The notes under the pieces are model-generated. The model saw nothing but the letters and a program-made list of their open reading frames with translations, had not been told where the DNA came from and made no database searches. This document shows positions 9,819-21,324 of a stretch of 64,000 nt of DNA, in pieces. The stretch comes from an uncultured Prevotellaceae bacterium (lineage in GTDB: Bacteria; Bacteroidota; Bacteroidia; Bacteroidales; Bacteroidaceae): the NCBI GenBank assembly GCA_900313615.1, contig OMRP01000016.1, forward strand, positions 7,505 through 71,504, read 5' to 3'. Numbering within the stretch: position 1 is the first letter of the stretch; each line of letters begins with the position of its first letter. The position numbers were made by a program, and so were the translations under genes.

Positions 9819-10739
9819 ATGAAAGTCATCGACAACCAACTGATAGACAGCGTGGTGGAACAGGCGAGAAAATCACCGCGCCTGAGGATGAACCACAACT
9901 TCCACCAAAGCCTGGACGATAAATGTCACCGTTTCCTCAACGCCTTGGAAGTGGGTACGGCGATTCCCATACACCACCATCCCACGAAAGATGAGACCAT
10001 CGTCATCCTGAAAGGAAAAGTGCGTGTAAGCACATACCATGATGATGGCCAGGTGAAGGAGAGCGTGGTGCTCTCGACGGCGTCGGGTGTCTACGGTGTT
10101 GACATCCCCAAAAACACATGGCACGATGTGGAGTGCCTGGAGACGGGAAGCGTGTTGTTCGAAACGAAGGAAGGTCCCTTCGTGGAGCATGAGAAAGATG
10201 GGATATTGGTACGCACGAAAGACATCTACTTGGCTGGGGGCTGTTTCTGGGGAACGGAGCATTACTTCAAGCAGATAGAGGGTGTGGTGGAGACGGAAGT
10301 GGGCTTTGCCAACGGACACACGGAAAACCCGACGTATAAGGAGGTGTATACCGACCAGACGGGGTTTGCGGAGACGGTGCACGTGAAGTACAACCCACAG
10401 GTGGTGAGCTTGGCATTTCTCTTAAGGATGTTCTTCAAGGCCATCGACCCGACGAGCCTGAACAAACAGGGCCATGATGAGGGAACACGCTATCGCACAG
10501 GTGTTTACTATACGGAACTGGAGGACCTGCCCATCATCAAACAGGTGTTTGCTGATGAACAACGGAACTACGACCAGCCTCTGGTGGTGGAGAAACAACC
10601 TTTGGCGAACTTCTACACCGCCGAAGAGTATCACCAGGACTACCTCGACAAGAACCCCACGGGCTACTGCCATCTGCCTCAGTCGTTGTTCGAATTTGCC
10701 AGACAAGCAAAGGAGAAAAAAGGGGGTAACTTTGAATAA
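9819..10739 (+). CDS. msrA: WbuC-like cupin fused to peptide-methionine (S)-S-oxide reductase MsrA
   Basis: SPRLRMNHNFH/IHHH cupin N-terminus; GGCFWG and AEEYHQDYL in the MsrA domain. Confidence 0.88.
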   Translation: MKVIDNQLIDSVVEQARKSPRLRMNHNFHQSLDDKCHRFLNALEVGTAIPIHHHPTKDETIVILKGKVRVSTYHDDGQVKESVVLSTASGVYGVDIPKNTWHDVECLETGSVLFETKEGPFVEHEKDGILVRTKDIYLAGGCFWGTEHYFKQIEGVVETEVGFANGHTENPTYKEVYTDQTGFAETVHVKYNPQVVSLAFLLRMFFKAIDPTSLNKQGHDEGTRYRTGVYYTELEDLPIIKQVFADEQRNYDQPLVVEKQPLANFYTAEEYHQDYLDKNPTGYCHLPQSLFEFARQAKEKKGGNFE

Positions 10740-10901
10740 GTTACTCCATCTCGGGATAAAAAAAGAAAAGTTCTTTTTGTTCTCCCCTCGATTTTTCGAA
10801 ATTTTGCACCCGATTTTTGAATGGTATACCCTTGGGTAACAATTCTCCCCCCTCAGGGGAGTTATAGGGGTTACCAGTGGAAGACAGCCTAACTACCAAT
10901 A

Positions 10902-11909
10902 TTGGAGAACAACTTGTATTATGGAAACAGTGTGGAAGGCACCCAGGCGGGAGCCATCGTTGGACTTGTCTTCAAAGCAACCTATTGCTCGGTGACGCTC
11001 ACGAACAACTATTATTGCACAACGGCCGACATTACTGGCACCTCTGAAGGCGACATCGTCGCCAACCACGGTGTCGTGATGGCTTACGACGATATCGCCG
11101 ACTACGATATGGGCGAATTGAAGGCTGAATATGAATACGATGGTCCCAAGGCGTATGCCAACGGTATCAGCTTCGGGGAGAAGGACTACACCTGCTCGTT
11201 GCTGCTCTCCGACGAGGGCAACGTCAGTGACATCCTCAGCGCCAATGCCGGCCGTACGCTCGATGTGACGCTCAAGGGACGCACGTTATACAGGGATGGC
11301 TCGTGGAACACCCTCTGTCTGCCGTTTAGCCTGACAACTATCGGTAAGACTCCTCTGGTAGGCTCAACCGTCAAGACTCTATCCCAGACTTCGTTCAGCG
11401 AGGGAACGCTGTCGCTTGATTTCGGTACCCGCAGTTATGAGGTAGAGGCGGGTAAGCCGTATGTGGTGAAATGGGATGACGAGGATACGGACATCGTTGA
11501 GCCGGTGTTTGCCAATGTCACCATCAGTGGCGATGCTCCGGGAAACGTCTCCTCCAATGCGGTGACCTTCCAGTCCATCTACGACCCCGTGACGTTCGAG
11601 GGTGAGGACAGAAGCGTACTCTATATGGGTGCAGACAACACGCTCTACTATCCCAGCGCTTCCATGACCATCAAGGGCTTCCGCGCCTACTTCGTGCTCG
11701 ACGGCCTGGTATGCGGTGACCCCGCATCAACGGGCAACATCAACAACTTCGTGCTCAACTTCGATGACGAAACTACGGGTATATCCCTCACCTCTCACCC
11801 CTCATCCCTCACCTCCGACTACTTCACAATCGATGGTCAAAAACTCAACGGCAACCCCGTCAAGAAAGGCGTTTATATCCACAATGGCAAGAAAATCGTG
11901 GTGAAATGA
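10902..11909 (+). pseudogene. C-terminal fragment of a T9SS-type surface protein
   Basis: WNTLCLPF, AGKPY, FRAYF, KKGVYIHNGKK; no ATG start or signal peptide. Confidence 0.6.
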
Positions 11910-11962
11910 TGTTCCGCATGGTCGGGTTCAATCCAACCTACTGCTAAATAGAATATTGGGGG

Positions 11963-12001
11963 CGTGTCAATTCGACATGCCCCCAAATTGTTGGCTTATC
12001 C
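11963..12001 (+). repeat. 39-bp direct repeat flanking the ATPase gene (second copy 13295-13333)
   Basis: cgtgtcaattcgacatgcccccaaattgttggcttatcc, exact in both places. Confidence 0.9.
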
Positions 12002-12135
12002 TGAAAGAGTTAGTGTTAATGGATTTTATAATTTGCAAGAATTTTCGGATAATTTGATAGTCGACTATATAATTTGCAAGAAAAATTTGCAAATTATAAA
12101 AAAGATTGTTATTTTTGCATCAAAATTATGAAATT

Positions 12136-13287
12136 ATGATTGAAAGAACCCTGAAAGGTAAACTCATAGAGTTGACGACAAAATATCCTATTGTCACATT
12201 AACCGGTCCGCGTCAGTCGGGTAAATCAACGTTGATGAAAGCTACGTTCCCTACCTACAAATATGTCTCGCTTGAAGACATGGACATGAGGCAGTTTGCC
12301 CAAAACGATCCACGCGGATTTTTGTCCACTTATTCACGAAATGTCATCATTGATGAAGCCCAGCGTGTACCGTCATTGTTTTCATATATCCAAACGCATG
12401 TGGACCGATTGAACGAGACAGGAATGTTCCTGTTGGCGGGTTCCCATAATTTCCTCTTGATGGAGCATGTCAACCAGTCCTTGTCAGGGAGGACGGCAAT
12501 ATTGAAATTGCTTCCGTTTTCTCATGAAGAAATGGTCAACGGTCAGATATTACCAGCAACCATTGACGAGGAGATTTTCCAAGGAGGCTACCCCAGACTT
12601 TATGACAAGCATATTGCTGCAGAGGATTTTTACCCACACTATATAGAAACATACGTAGAGCGTGACGTACGCCAACTCAAGAATATCGGTAACCTGGGCA
12701 AGTTTACCCGATTCATCAAGCTCTGTGCAGGACGCATAGGGCAGTTGCTGAATATCTCTTCCCTGGCTAATGAATGTGGTATCACCTTACCTACAGCTAA
12801 TGCCTGGCTCTCAGTTTTGGAAGCGAGCTACATTTGCTATCAGCTGAAGCCGGATTGGAACAACTACGCCAAACGTCTTGTGAAAACACCTAAGTTGTAT
12901 TTTTATGATACGGGAATTGCATGTTCTCTCCTTGACATCAAATCTGCCAGTCAGGTTGCCAACCATTTTCTCCGTGGCGGACTGTTTGAAAACATGGTGA
13001 TTAACGCCTTCATCAAGCGAGGATGGAATGCGGGTAAAACTCCAGATCTACGCTTTTGGCGAGATAGCCAAGGCAACGAGATAGACCTCTTGGAATATGG
13101 TGGGAACGCACCTATGGCTTATGAGATAAAGTCGGGTGCCACTTTCTCGTCGGACTTTTTCAAGGGGCTTTCCAAATGGTCACAACTATCCGATATTCCT
13201 TCCGACAACCTTCACGTTATCTACGCAGGTGACCAAAACCTCAGTACTACAAAAGGTAAACTGGTGGCATGGGGAAATACATTGTGA
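12136..13287 (+). CDS. AAA_14 + DUF4143 ATPase
   Basis: GPRQSGKST, IDEAQ, GGYP, KTPKLYFYDTG, EID..YEIK. Confidence 0.9.
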   Translation: MIERTLKGKLIELTTKYPIVTLTGPRQSGKSTLMKATFPTYKYVSLEDMDMRQFAQNDPRGFLSTYSRNVIIDEAQRVPSLFSYIQTHVDRLNETGMFLLAGSHNFLLMEHVNQSLSGRTAILKLLPFSHEEMVNGQILPATIDEEIFQGGYPRLYDKHIAAEDFYPHYIETYVERDVRQLKNIGNLGKFTRFIKLCAGRIGQLLNISSLANECGITLPTANAWLSVLEASYICYQLKPDWNNYAKRLVKTPKLYFYDTGIACSLLDIKSASQVANHFLRGGLFENMVINAFIKRGWNAGKTPDLRFWRDSQGNEIDLLEYGGNAPMAYEIKSGATFSSDFFKGLSKWSQLSDIPSDNLHVIYAGDQNLSTTKGKLVAWGNTL

Positions 13288-13340
13288 CTTAAAACGTGTC
13301 AATTCGACATGCCCCCAAATTGTTGGCTTATCCGGAAGAC

Positions 13341-13850
13341 TTAGTGATTAGGACAAATATGTATTGTCCTTGTTAATAATACGTTGACAGGCTTTCCGTT
13401 TTGTCTTCCGGCTTGCCAGTCATTCGTAAAACTTAATGCTTTCAATACAGCCTTTTCAAAATCAGATAATGCATCAGATTTCTTGCCATATATTCTTGCA
13501 CCAATTAAATGTCCTTTTTTGTCAATGACGTACTGCACCTGCACTGTTGATTGAAGACGCTCATTTTCCGGATAATCATAATGGAAATGATTAACAAAAT
13601 CATTTAAGAAACCACCGTCGCCACCTTTGTGTTTGGGCATCTCTTCAACAACTATATAGACATTTCTTCGAGTCATAGCATCATATTGGGTATAATCCTG
13701 CTTATGTTCAACAGATTTGCAGGAATACACACCTGTTATTATTACAAACAACAGACAGAATCTACTGATTTTTGATAGGTATTCCGATATCATGGGGACA
13801 GTGATGTTCGGCCCCGCCATGATGTTCGTATGTATCTTATTCATAGTCAT
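13341..13850 (-). CDS. TonB C-terminal domain lipoprotein
   Basis: VEEMP, YVIDKKG, WQAGRQNGKPVNV. Confidence 0.7.
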   Translation of the reverse strand: MTMNKIHTNIMAGPNITVPMISEYLSKISRFCLLFVIITGVYSCKSVEHKQDYTQYDAMTRRNVYIVVEEMPKHKGGDGGFLNDFVNHFHYDYPENERLQSTVQVQYVIDKKGHLIGARIYGKKSDALSDFEKAVLKALSFTNDWQAGRQNGKPVNVLLTRTIHICPNH

Positions 13851-14108
13851 TTCTTTTAGTACTTATAATTGTTGTTGATAGCGAGAATGAATAGCAGGAA
13901 ATGGTTATTATGGCAAATCAGTCTCATTCAAAATGATTGTTGGTAAGCGTAACAGGGCATTCAACTTACATATTGCAAAGATACGTTTTTTCTATGACAA
14001 TCAATGTGGAAAAACAAAAACTTTGGCATTTTGGCTTGGGTTTCACGGATTTTGTCTATATTTGCAATGTCTTTGCAAAACAGCTTTACGCTGATTTAGT
14101 TTGCGTCT

Positions 14109-17100
14109 ATGAAAAAAGTGCTCAAATGGATTGTTGGCATCATCTTGACGCCCATCCTGCTCTTTTTGCTGCTGCTCATATTGCTTTATATACCACCCAT
14201 ACAAAACTGGGTGGCGCAAAAGGTGGCATCCTATGCCTCGGAGAAAACGGGCATGGACATCAGCGTAGGACACGTATCCTTGAAGTTCCCACTCGACTTG
14301 AGCGTGGAGGATTTCAAGATGATAAAACCCAATGACTCTATCCCCAACCAACGTGACACCATCGCCGACGTGGGCGAGCTGGTGGCTAGCGTGCAGCTGC
14401 TGCCCCTGTTCAAGGGAAAGGTGGAGGTGGATGAGCTGACACTGCGCCGCACGAACATGAATACCAATGGCTTCATCCCCTCGGCGCGTGTGAAAGGACG
14501 CTTCGATGAACTGAGTGTGGTGAGCCACGGCATAGACCTGAAAGAAGAGGGACTGCGGGTGGACAAGGCATCGCTCGACGGTGCCATCCTCGATATCGCA
14601 TTGGCCGACACAGTGCCACCAGACACCACGGAGAGCGACGCCAAATGGCGCATCCTCGTAGATAAACTAAACATCAAGAAGAGTGACGTGACCCTCCACA
14701 TGCCGGGCGACACGATGGTCATCGGCGTGGGCATGGGCACGCTCGAGGCGGAAAATGGACGCTTCGACCTGGGTAAGGGGGAATACGCGTTGGGACGCAT
14801 GGACTGGAACGATGGCTCGCTGCGCTACGACAACCGTTTCGCTCCGAGGGTGAAGGGACTGGACACCAACCACCTGTCGCTCACAGACGTAAACATTGGC
14901 ATCGACTCGCTCCATTACTTAGCACCTGACATCAGCGTGAACCTGCGCGACTGTAACTTCCGAGAACAGAGCGGACTGGCGGTGAACCACCTGAGTGGAC
15001 CGTTGCGCATGGATGGGAAGACGCTCAGCGTGCCGGCACTGGAGATGCAGACGGAACACTCGCGGCTGTCGGCACATTTCGAGATGGATCTCAATGCCTT
15101 CGACGACCAACAGCCGGGAGAGATGTTCGCACAGGTGGACGGATATGTGGGCAAGGAGGACATCATGCGTTTCGCTGGCGGGGCCATGCCACCGGCGATG
15201 GTGAGCCGATGGCCCAACAGGGCGTTGAACGTCAACGGGCAGGTGCGAGGCAACCTGCAACGGCTGACCTTGCGGAACATGAACGTGACGCTGCCCACGG
15301 CGTTTAACATGACGGCTTCGGGCACCATCGACAACGTGACGAACTTCGACAGGATGAATGCCGACGTGACACTCAAAGGTACGACCAATGACCTGGGCTT
15401 CGTGACGGCGGCCCTCGACCCTGCCACGCAGAAAATGATTCGCGTGCCGCAGGGCATAGGCATCGACGGACGGTTCAAGAAAACGGGCAGTCGGCTGGGT
15501 GCAGATTTCACCGCCACACAGGGTGGGGGAAAAATGGTGGCAAAAGCCAATATCGACACGCGACAGATGGCCTACGACGCCGACGTGAAGGCGCAGGCGT
15601 TCCCGCTGCAGAACTTCCTGCCGGGATACCAACTGTCGCCGCTCACGGGTACCATCACGGCACAGGGACAGGGCACTGATATCTTCAATCCCTCGACGAG
15701 ACTGAAGGCAAAGGCCAACCTGACGAAATTCTCGGCTATGGGCTATGACCTCAGTACGGTGAAACTGGATGCCAGTCTCGACAAGGGAAGGATGCTGGCG
15801 GAGGTGGAGGGACACAACTCGCTCTTCGACGGTATGCTCTATGCCGACGGACGCATCAGCCGCAAGGCCATAGATGCCAATATCTCCGCCGACTTCGTCA
15901 AGGCTGACCTCTACAAATTGGGTGTCACCGATGGACCGACAACGCTGGGCATGTGCGCGCACATGAAGGTGAAGACTGACCTGAATAGTTACTACGACGT
16001 GCAGGGTGAGGTGGACGACTTGGTGTTCAGCCAACCGGGAAGCGACCTGGCGGCTGAACTTATCGACATCGACGTGTTGCTCAACAACGACACGACGCAC
16101 GTGAGGGTGAACAGCGGTGATTTCGAACTGTCGTTGGAGGGCAAGGGCGGATACCAGAAGATTCTCAACAAGGGACAGCGGCTGGGCAAGGAAATCAGTA
16201 AGATGATTGCCGATAGAAAGATTGACGATAACGTCATCCGTGAGCACCTGCCAGATGTGGATGTCTATATGAGCGGGGGCAGTGACAACCTGCTCTCGAG
16301 GATGTTCGAGGAACAGGGGATAACCTACAAACAGGTGTATGTAAACATGTATTCGTCGCATGTCAATGGACTGAACGGCGACGTGAAGGTCGACTCGCTG
16401 ACGGTGAACGATATGCTCTTCGACCGCGTGCGTTTCGCCATCAACACCAACTCGACGGGATTCAAATACAATGCCGAGGTGCAGAACTTCGAGGGTAATC
16501 CTACCTATGTGTTCAGGGCCAATGTGGATGGCTCACTCTTCGAAAACGGGTCGGACCTGTCGACGCGGATATACGACGCCAACGACTCGCTGGGCGTGAA
16601 ACTGGGACTGAGGGCGATGGTGCGCAACGACTCGCTGTGCCTGAACTTCTCTGACTTGGAGCCAGTGATAGGATACAAAAAATTCAAGGTCAACGAATAC
16701 AACTACTTGCGGCTGGGCAAGAAACAGCGACTGGCGGCAAACGTATACATGGCGGCCGACGACGGCACGAGCATACACCTATATACCGATGACGAGAATG
16801 TGGCGGCCGACCAAGACCTCACGCTGAGTATGCAGAACCTCAACCTCGGCGACATCACTTCGGCGGTGCCTTTCCTGCCCGACATCACGGGTATTCTCGA
16901 TGGCGACTTCCACGTGGTGAAGACGGATAAACAACTGACGGTGTCGAGCTCGGTGAGTGTCGACGACATGACGTTCGAGAAGAATGTGCTCGGCGACTTG
17001 AGCACGGAATTCGTGTATATGCCGAACGAAGACGGGTCGCATTATATCGACGCTGTCATCTACAGCGACCAACGTGAGGTGGGTACCGTCGTGGGCACAT

Positions 17101-18761
17101 ACTATCCCGAAGGAAAGGGTAGGGTGGATGCTGACTTCAACCTGGCGAGGATGCCTTTGGCATTGCTCAACAGTTTCATGCCCGACCAGATATTGGGATT
17201 CAAGGGCTATGGCGAGGGAACGCTGAAAATCAACGGACCGCTGTCGACGCCCAACATCGACGGGTCGATATTGCTCGACTCGGCATACATCCTGAGCGTG
17301 CCGTATGGCGTGCAACTGCGTGTGGACAACCATCCCGTAAGAATCAATAACAGCCACTTGCTGTTCGAGGATTTCAAACTCTATGCCTATAACGACAAAC
17401 CGCTGACACTCAACGGACAACTCGATTTCTCCAACCTCGACCGCATGATGATTGACCTGCGTATGTCGGCACGCGACTTCGAAATCATCAACGCCAAGGA
17501 GACTCCACGTGCCGAGGCTTACGGCAGGGCTTTCATCAATATGTTCGGTAGAATACAGGGACCGCTCGACGCCTTCCAGATGAAGGGACGCGTGGACGTA
17601 CTGGGAAACACGGACCTCACCTATGTGCTCAAAGACTCGCCACTGGCAGAAGACACTCGTCTCGATGAACTGGTGCAGTTCGTCGACTTCAGCGACTCGA
17701 CGACACAGGTGGTGAACCGACCGCCTATCTCTGGTCTTGACATGGACCTGACACTGAACGTGGACGAGAGTGCTCGCATACGCTGTGACCTCAACGCCGA
17801 CCACAGCAACTATGTGGACATCATGGGCGAAGGTAACCTGCGACTGTTGTACAACGTGACCAACAATTTCAGGATAACGGGACGATACACGGTGAACAGC
17901 GGAGAGATGAAATATTCGCTGCCCATCATACCGCTCAAGACGTTCACCATCAAGGAGGGCGGATACTTGGAGTTCCAGGGCGTGCCCGACAACCCGAAAA
18001 TCAATATCACCGCCACGGAGAAGGTGAAGGCCATGGTGAACGATGATGGTGGGACTGGCAGAAGTGTCGACTTCGAATGTGGCGTGGTCATCACCAAGAC
18101 ACTGCAAGACATGGGACTGCAGTTCATCATCGATGCGCCCGATGACATGTCGGTGAGTGGACAGCTGGGCATGATGTCTGAAGAAGACCGGGGACGTCTG
18201 GCTGTGGCCATGATTTCAACAGGTATGTATATGGCCGATGGCAACGAGTCGGCACTGTCGATGAACAGCGCCCTCAGCTCGTTCCTGCAGGCGGAAATCA
18301 ATAATATCACTGGCAATGCGCTGCGCACGCTCGACGTGAGCATCGGCGTCGACAATGCTACGGATGCCTCGGGTGCCATGCACACCGACTATTCATTCAA
18401 ATTCGCCAAACGGTTCTGGAACAACCGTCTGCGCGTGGTCATCGGCGGAAAGGTGTCGACGGGAAGCGATGCGTACAACAGAAACCAGACATTCTTCGAC
18501 AACGTGACTTTCGAATACCGCCTCAGTCCGACCAGCAACAAATATTTGAAACTGTTCTACGACCGCAGCACCTACGACTGGTTCGAAGGGGAGATAGGCG
18601 AGTTCGGCGCCGGTTTCATGTGGAAACGCAAGCTCGACCGACTGAAGGACATCTTTAACTTCAAGTCTGAAGAGCGGACAACACGCTCGAGAAGTGACTC
18701 ATTGCGACATACGAGAAGAGACACCACACAGATTCATCAACAGTACACACCACGGCCATGA
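14109..18761 (+). CDS. tamB: Translocation/assembly module TamB
   Basis: 1550 aa, N-terminal TM anchor, DUF490-like C-terminus, adjacent to an Omp85 gene. Confidence 0.85.
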   Translation: MKKVLKWIVGIILTPILLFLLLLILLYIPPIQNWVAQKVASYASEKTGMDISVGHVSLKFPLDLSVEDFKMIKPNDSIPNQRDTIADVGELVASVQLLPLFKGKVEVDELTLRRTNMNTNGFIPSARVKGRFDELSVVSHGIDLKEEGLRVDKASLDGAILDIALADTVPPDTTESDAKWRILVDKLNIKKSDVTLHMPGDTMVIGVGMGTLEAENGRFDLGKGEYALGRMDWNDGSLRYDNRFAPRVKGLDTNHLSLTDVNIGIDSLHYLAPDISVNLRDCNFREQSGLAVNHLSGPLRMDGKTLSVPALEMQTEHSRLSAHFEMDLNAFDDQQPGEMFAQVDGYVGKEDIMRFAGGAMPPAMVSRWPNRALNVNGQVRGNLQRLTLRNMNVTLPTAFNMTASGTIDNVTNFDRMNADVTLKGTTNDLGFVTAALDPATQKMIRVPQGIGIDGRFKKTGSRLGADFTATQGGGKMVAKANIDTRQMAYDADVKAQAFPLQNFLPGYQLSPLTGTITAQGQGTDIFNPSTRLKAKANLTKFSAMGYDLSTVKLDASLDKGRMLAEVEGHNSLFDGMLYADGRISRKAIDANISADFVKADLYKLGVTDGPTTLGMCAHMKVKTDLNSYYDVQGEVDDLVFSQPGSDLAAELIDIDVLLNNDTTHVRVNSGDFELSLEGKGGYQKILNKGQRLGKEISKMIADRKIDDNVIREHLPDVDVYMSGGSDNLLSRMFEEQGITYKQVYVNMYSSHVNGLNGDVKVDSLTVNDMLFDRVRFAINTNSTGFKYNAEVQNFEGNPTYVFRANVDGSLFENGSDLSTRIYDANDSLGVKLGLRAMVRNDSLCLNFSDLEPVIGYKKFKVNEYNYLRLGKKQRLAANVYMAADDGTSIHLYTDDENVAADQDLTLSMQNLNLGDITSAVPFLPDITGILDGDFHVVKTDKQLTVSSSVSVDDMTFEKNVLGDLSTEFVYMPNEDGSHYIDAVIYSDQREVGTVVGTYYPEGKGRVDADFNLARMPLALLNSFMPDQILGFKGYGEGTLKINGPLSTPNIDGSILLDSAYILSVPYGVQLRVDNHPVRINNSHLLFEDFKLYAYNDKPLTLNGQLDFSNLDRMMIDLRMSARDFEIINAKETPRAEAYGRAFINMFGRIQGPLDAFQMKGRVDVLGNTDLTYVLKDSPLAEDTRLDELVQFVDFSDSTTQVVNRPPISGLDMDLTLNVDESARIRCDLNADHSNYVDIMGEGNLRLLYNVTNNFRITGRYTVNSGEMKYSLPIIPLKTFTIKEGGYLEFQGVPDNPKINITATEKVKAMVNDDGGTGRSVDFECGVVITKTLQDMGLQFIIDAPDDMSVSGQLGMMSEEDRGRLAVAMISTGMYMADGNESALSMNSALSSFLQAEINNITGNALRTLDVSIGVDNATDASGAMHTDYSFKFAKRFWNNRLRVVIGGKVSTGSDAYNRNQTFFDNVTFEYRLSPTSNKYLKLFYDRSTYDWFEGEIGEFGAGFMWKRKLDRLKDIFNFKSEERTTRSRSDSLRHTRRDTTQIHQQYTPRP

Positions 18762-21103
18762 ACAAGTTGCACAAACATATCGTTTCATATATCACGCTCG
18801 CACTGACCACGGTCGTAGCGTCGTGTTACCCCACAAGTGCTCTGGAGGAGGGGGAGGTGCTTTATACGGGCATCGATGATGTGGTGTATGAGAACTATGA
18901 GAAGAACGACCATGCCGTGTATGTGCAGGAAGAGGTGGCGGCGGCACTCGACTGCCCGCCCAATGGGGCATTCATGGGCAGTTCAACAGTGAGGACGCCT
19001 TTCCCCATTGGTCTATGGGTGTGGAACGCATTCTCGAAGTCGGAAACGGGATTCGGAAAATGGATGACCAAGACATTTGGCAAGGCACCGGTGACCGTGA
19101 CTTCGGTGAACCCGGAGATGCGCAGCGTGGTGGCCACGTCGGTGCTCAAGTCGCACGGCTATTTCCACGGCAACGTGACATCGTACACCAAGCAGGGTAG
19201 CAACCCCAAGAAACAGAAGATAGGTTACCGCGCCGACATGGGACACCTGTTCCTGCTCGACAGCATCGAATATGTGAACTTCCCGCCCGAGGCGCAGGAA
19301 ATCATCGACAGCACATGGGAGGAAAGGGAGATATACAAAGGCGCTCCCTTCGACATCGTGTCGCTCGACGCGGAACGCTCGCGCCTCTCCGACCTGTTCC
19401 GCGACAATGGATATTTCTACTACCAACCGGGATACGCCTCCTACTTGGCCGACACCGTGGCACGACCGGGTTATGTGCAACTGAAACTGCAATGCTCGGA
19501 CAGTTTGCCACCACAGGCCTTGAAAAAATGGTACATCGGAAAGATTGACCTCACGCTTAGAAAATCGTTCATGGAGAAGACAGACAGCGTGCACAAGGGC
19601 AGGAGGTTGACGGTGCATTTCAGTGGAAAGAAAATGCCGGTGAGGAGAAGCGCACTCTACAGACAAATCAAGATAAGACCTGGTAGACTATATAGTTATG
19701 GCGATTATCTGGAGTCGGCCAACAACCTGTCGAACATGGGCATCTTCAGCATGGTCGATTTCAAGTTCACACCACGCGACTCCACTTTCATCAGCGACTC
19801 GCTCGATGTGGCCATCAACTGTATGTTCGAGAAACCTTATGACTTCTACGTGGAAACGAACGTCACGGGAAAAACAACGGGATTCCTCGGACCACAGGTG
19901 GTGGTGGGTCTGACAAAACGCAACACTTTCGGGGGTGGTGAGAAATTGGACATACGACTGCATGGGTCGTATGAGTGGCAACTAGGAAAGAACTACGGCG
20001 ACAACGACGTGAGCATCAACTCGTATGAATATGGTGGCGAGGTGTCGCTGGAATTCCCCAGACTGTTGTTGCCCTTTGAAAGTCTATGGGGACAGAAAAA
20101 TCGGCGTAGGTTGAGACGGTTCTTCATGAACCCGTCGACAACCATCAAGGCCAGTTCGAGCATCATCAACAGAGCGGGCTATTTCACCCGCCATATCGTA
20201 TCGGGTGAGTTGACGTATAACTTCCAGACTTCTCACAACTTCAAACATAGGTTGAGTCCGCTGGTGCTGGAGTACAACTACATGCGACGGATGAGCGACG
20301 AGTTTGCTTATGTAATCTTGGTAAACCCATACCTCTTGATGTCCATGATGGACCAGTTCATTCCTAAACTGCGCTATACGCTGTCGTACACGAACAAAGA
20401 CAAGTCGAGATGTCCCATATCGTGGGAGACAACCATCAGCGAGGCGGGTAACCTGCTGTCGTTGGGGTATATGGCTTTCGGCAAGAAATGGGATGAGAAG
20501 CAGAAAAGCATGTTCAACAACCCCTATGCGCAGTTCTTCAAGTTTGAAACGGATTTCACCAAGACGTGGAAGGTGGGAGACTATTCCCAGCTAGTGGGAC
20601 ACGCTAACCTAGGCATGGTGTATGCCTATGGCAATTCGGAATGGGCTCCGTATACCGAACAATTCTACGTGGGTGGCGCCAACAGCATCAGGGCTTTCAC
20701 GGCGAGGACAATCGGACCGGGTGACTATTACGTGCCGAAAGAAGATCGCGGATATTCATATATGGACCAGATGGGCGATATGAAACTGCTCTTCAATCTG
20801 GAATACCGTGATCGACTGGTGAGCAACCTCTATTGGGCAGTTTTCCTCGACGCTGGCAACGTGTGGACATTGAAATACGATGAAGACAGGCCAAAGTCAC
20901 ACTTCAAATTCAAGAATTTCTTGTCGCAGATGGCTGTGGGAACGGGTGTGGGACTGCGTTATGACCTCGACTTCTTCGTCATACGCCTTGACTGGGGTAT
21001 CGGACTGCATGTGCCGTACGATACGGGACGCTCGGGATTCTATAACATCGACAAGTTCTGGCATGGACAACGCCTGAACCTCGCCATCGGATATCCGTTC
21101 TAA
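18758..21103 (+). CDS. Omp85/BamA-TamA family outer-membrane lipoprotein (TamL-like)
   Basis: Lipobox VASC, GGANSIRAF, C-terminal LAIGYPF. Confidence 0.88.
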   Translation: MNKLHKHIVSYITLALTTVVASCYPTSALEEGEVLYTGIDDVVYENYEKNDHAVYVQEEVAAALDCPPNGAFMGSSTVRTPFPIGLWVWNAFSKSETGFGKWMTKTFGKAPVTVTSVNPEMRSVVATSVLKSHGYFHGNVTSYTKQGSNPKKQKIGYRADMGHLFLLDSIEYVNFPPEAQEIIDSTWEEREIYKGAPFDIVSLDAERSRLSDLFRDNGYFYYQPGYASYLADTVARPGYVQLKLQCSDSLPPQALKKWYIGKIDLTLRKSFMEKTDSVHKGRRLTVHFSGKKMPVRRSALYRQIKIRPGRLYSYGDYLESANNLSNMGIFSMVDFKFTPRDSTFISDSLDVAINCMFEKPYDFYVETNVTGKTTGFLGPQVVVGLTKRNTFGGGEKLDIRLHGSYEWQLGKNYGDNDVSINSYEYGGEVSLEFPRLLLPFESLWGQKNRRRLRRFFMNPSTTIKASSSIINRAGYFTRHIVSGELTYNFQTSHNFKHRLSPLVLEYNYMRRMSDEFAYVILVNPYLLMSMMDQFIPKLRYTLSYTNKDKSRCPISWETTISEAGNLLSLGYMAFGKKWDEKQKSMFNNPYAQFFKFETDFTKTWKVGDYSQLVGHANLGMVYAYGNSEWAPYTEQFYVGGANSIRAFTARTIGPGDYYVPKEDRGYSYMDQMGDMKLLFNLEYRDRLVSNLYWAVFLDAGNVWTLKYDEDRPKSHFKFKNFLSQMAVGTGVGLRYDLDFFVIRLDWGIGLHVPYDTGRSGFYNIDKFWHGQRLNLAIGYPF

Positions 21104-21324
21104 GGGAAACCTCCCCCTCGCCCCCTCCCAAGGAGGGGGAATGCAGAACGCAATGATTTTATTTATTCTGACTGCGAAGATGATGAGCTTGCGAATAATT
21201 TTGAATTGTTAATTGTTAATTGTCAATTGTTAATTGTTAATTCGAAATAGTGTTTTTTCCCCTTTTTTACGTAACTTTGCACATCCATTTGAACACTAAG
21301 ACATTAACATAAAATATCGAAGAT

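Noticed and set aside
14231-18385. Long antisense ORFs opposite tamB (also opposite GH43, the nucleotidyltransferase and glmM)
   Set aside because: Shadow ORFs caused by GC3-rich codon bias.
21110-21243. C-rich/G-rich palindromes and (AATTGTT)n tracts, with similar ones near 10845, 25587, 29515 and 63190
   Set aside because: Common Prevotella-type intergenic REP-like and simple repeats, with no spacer structure.
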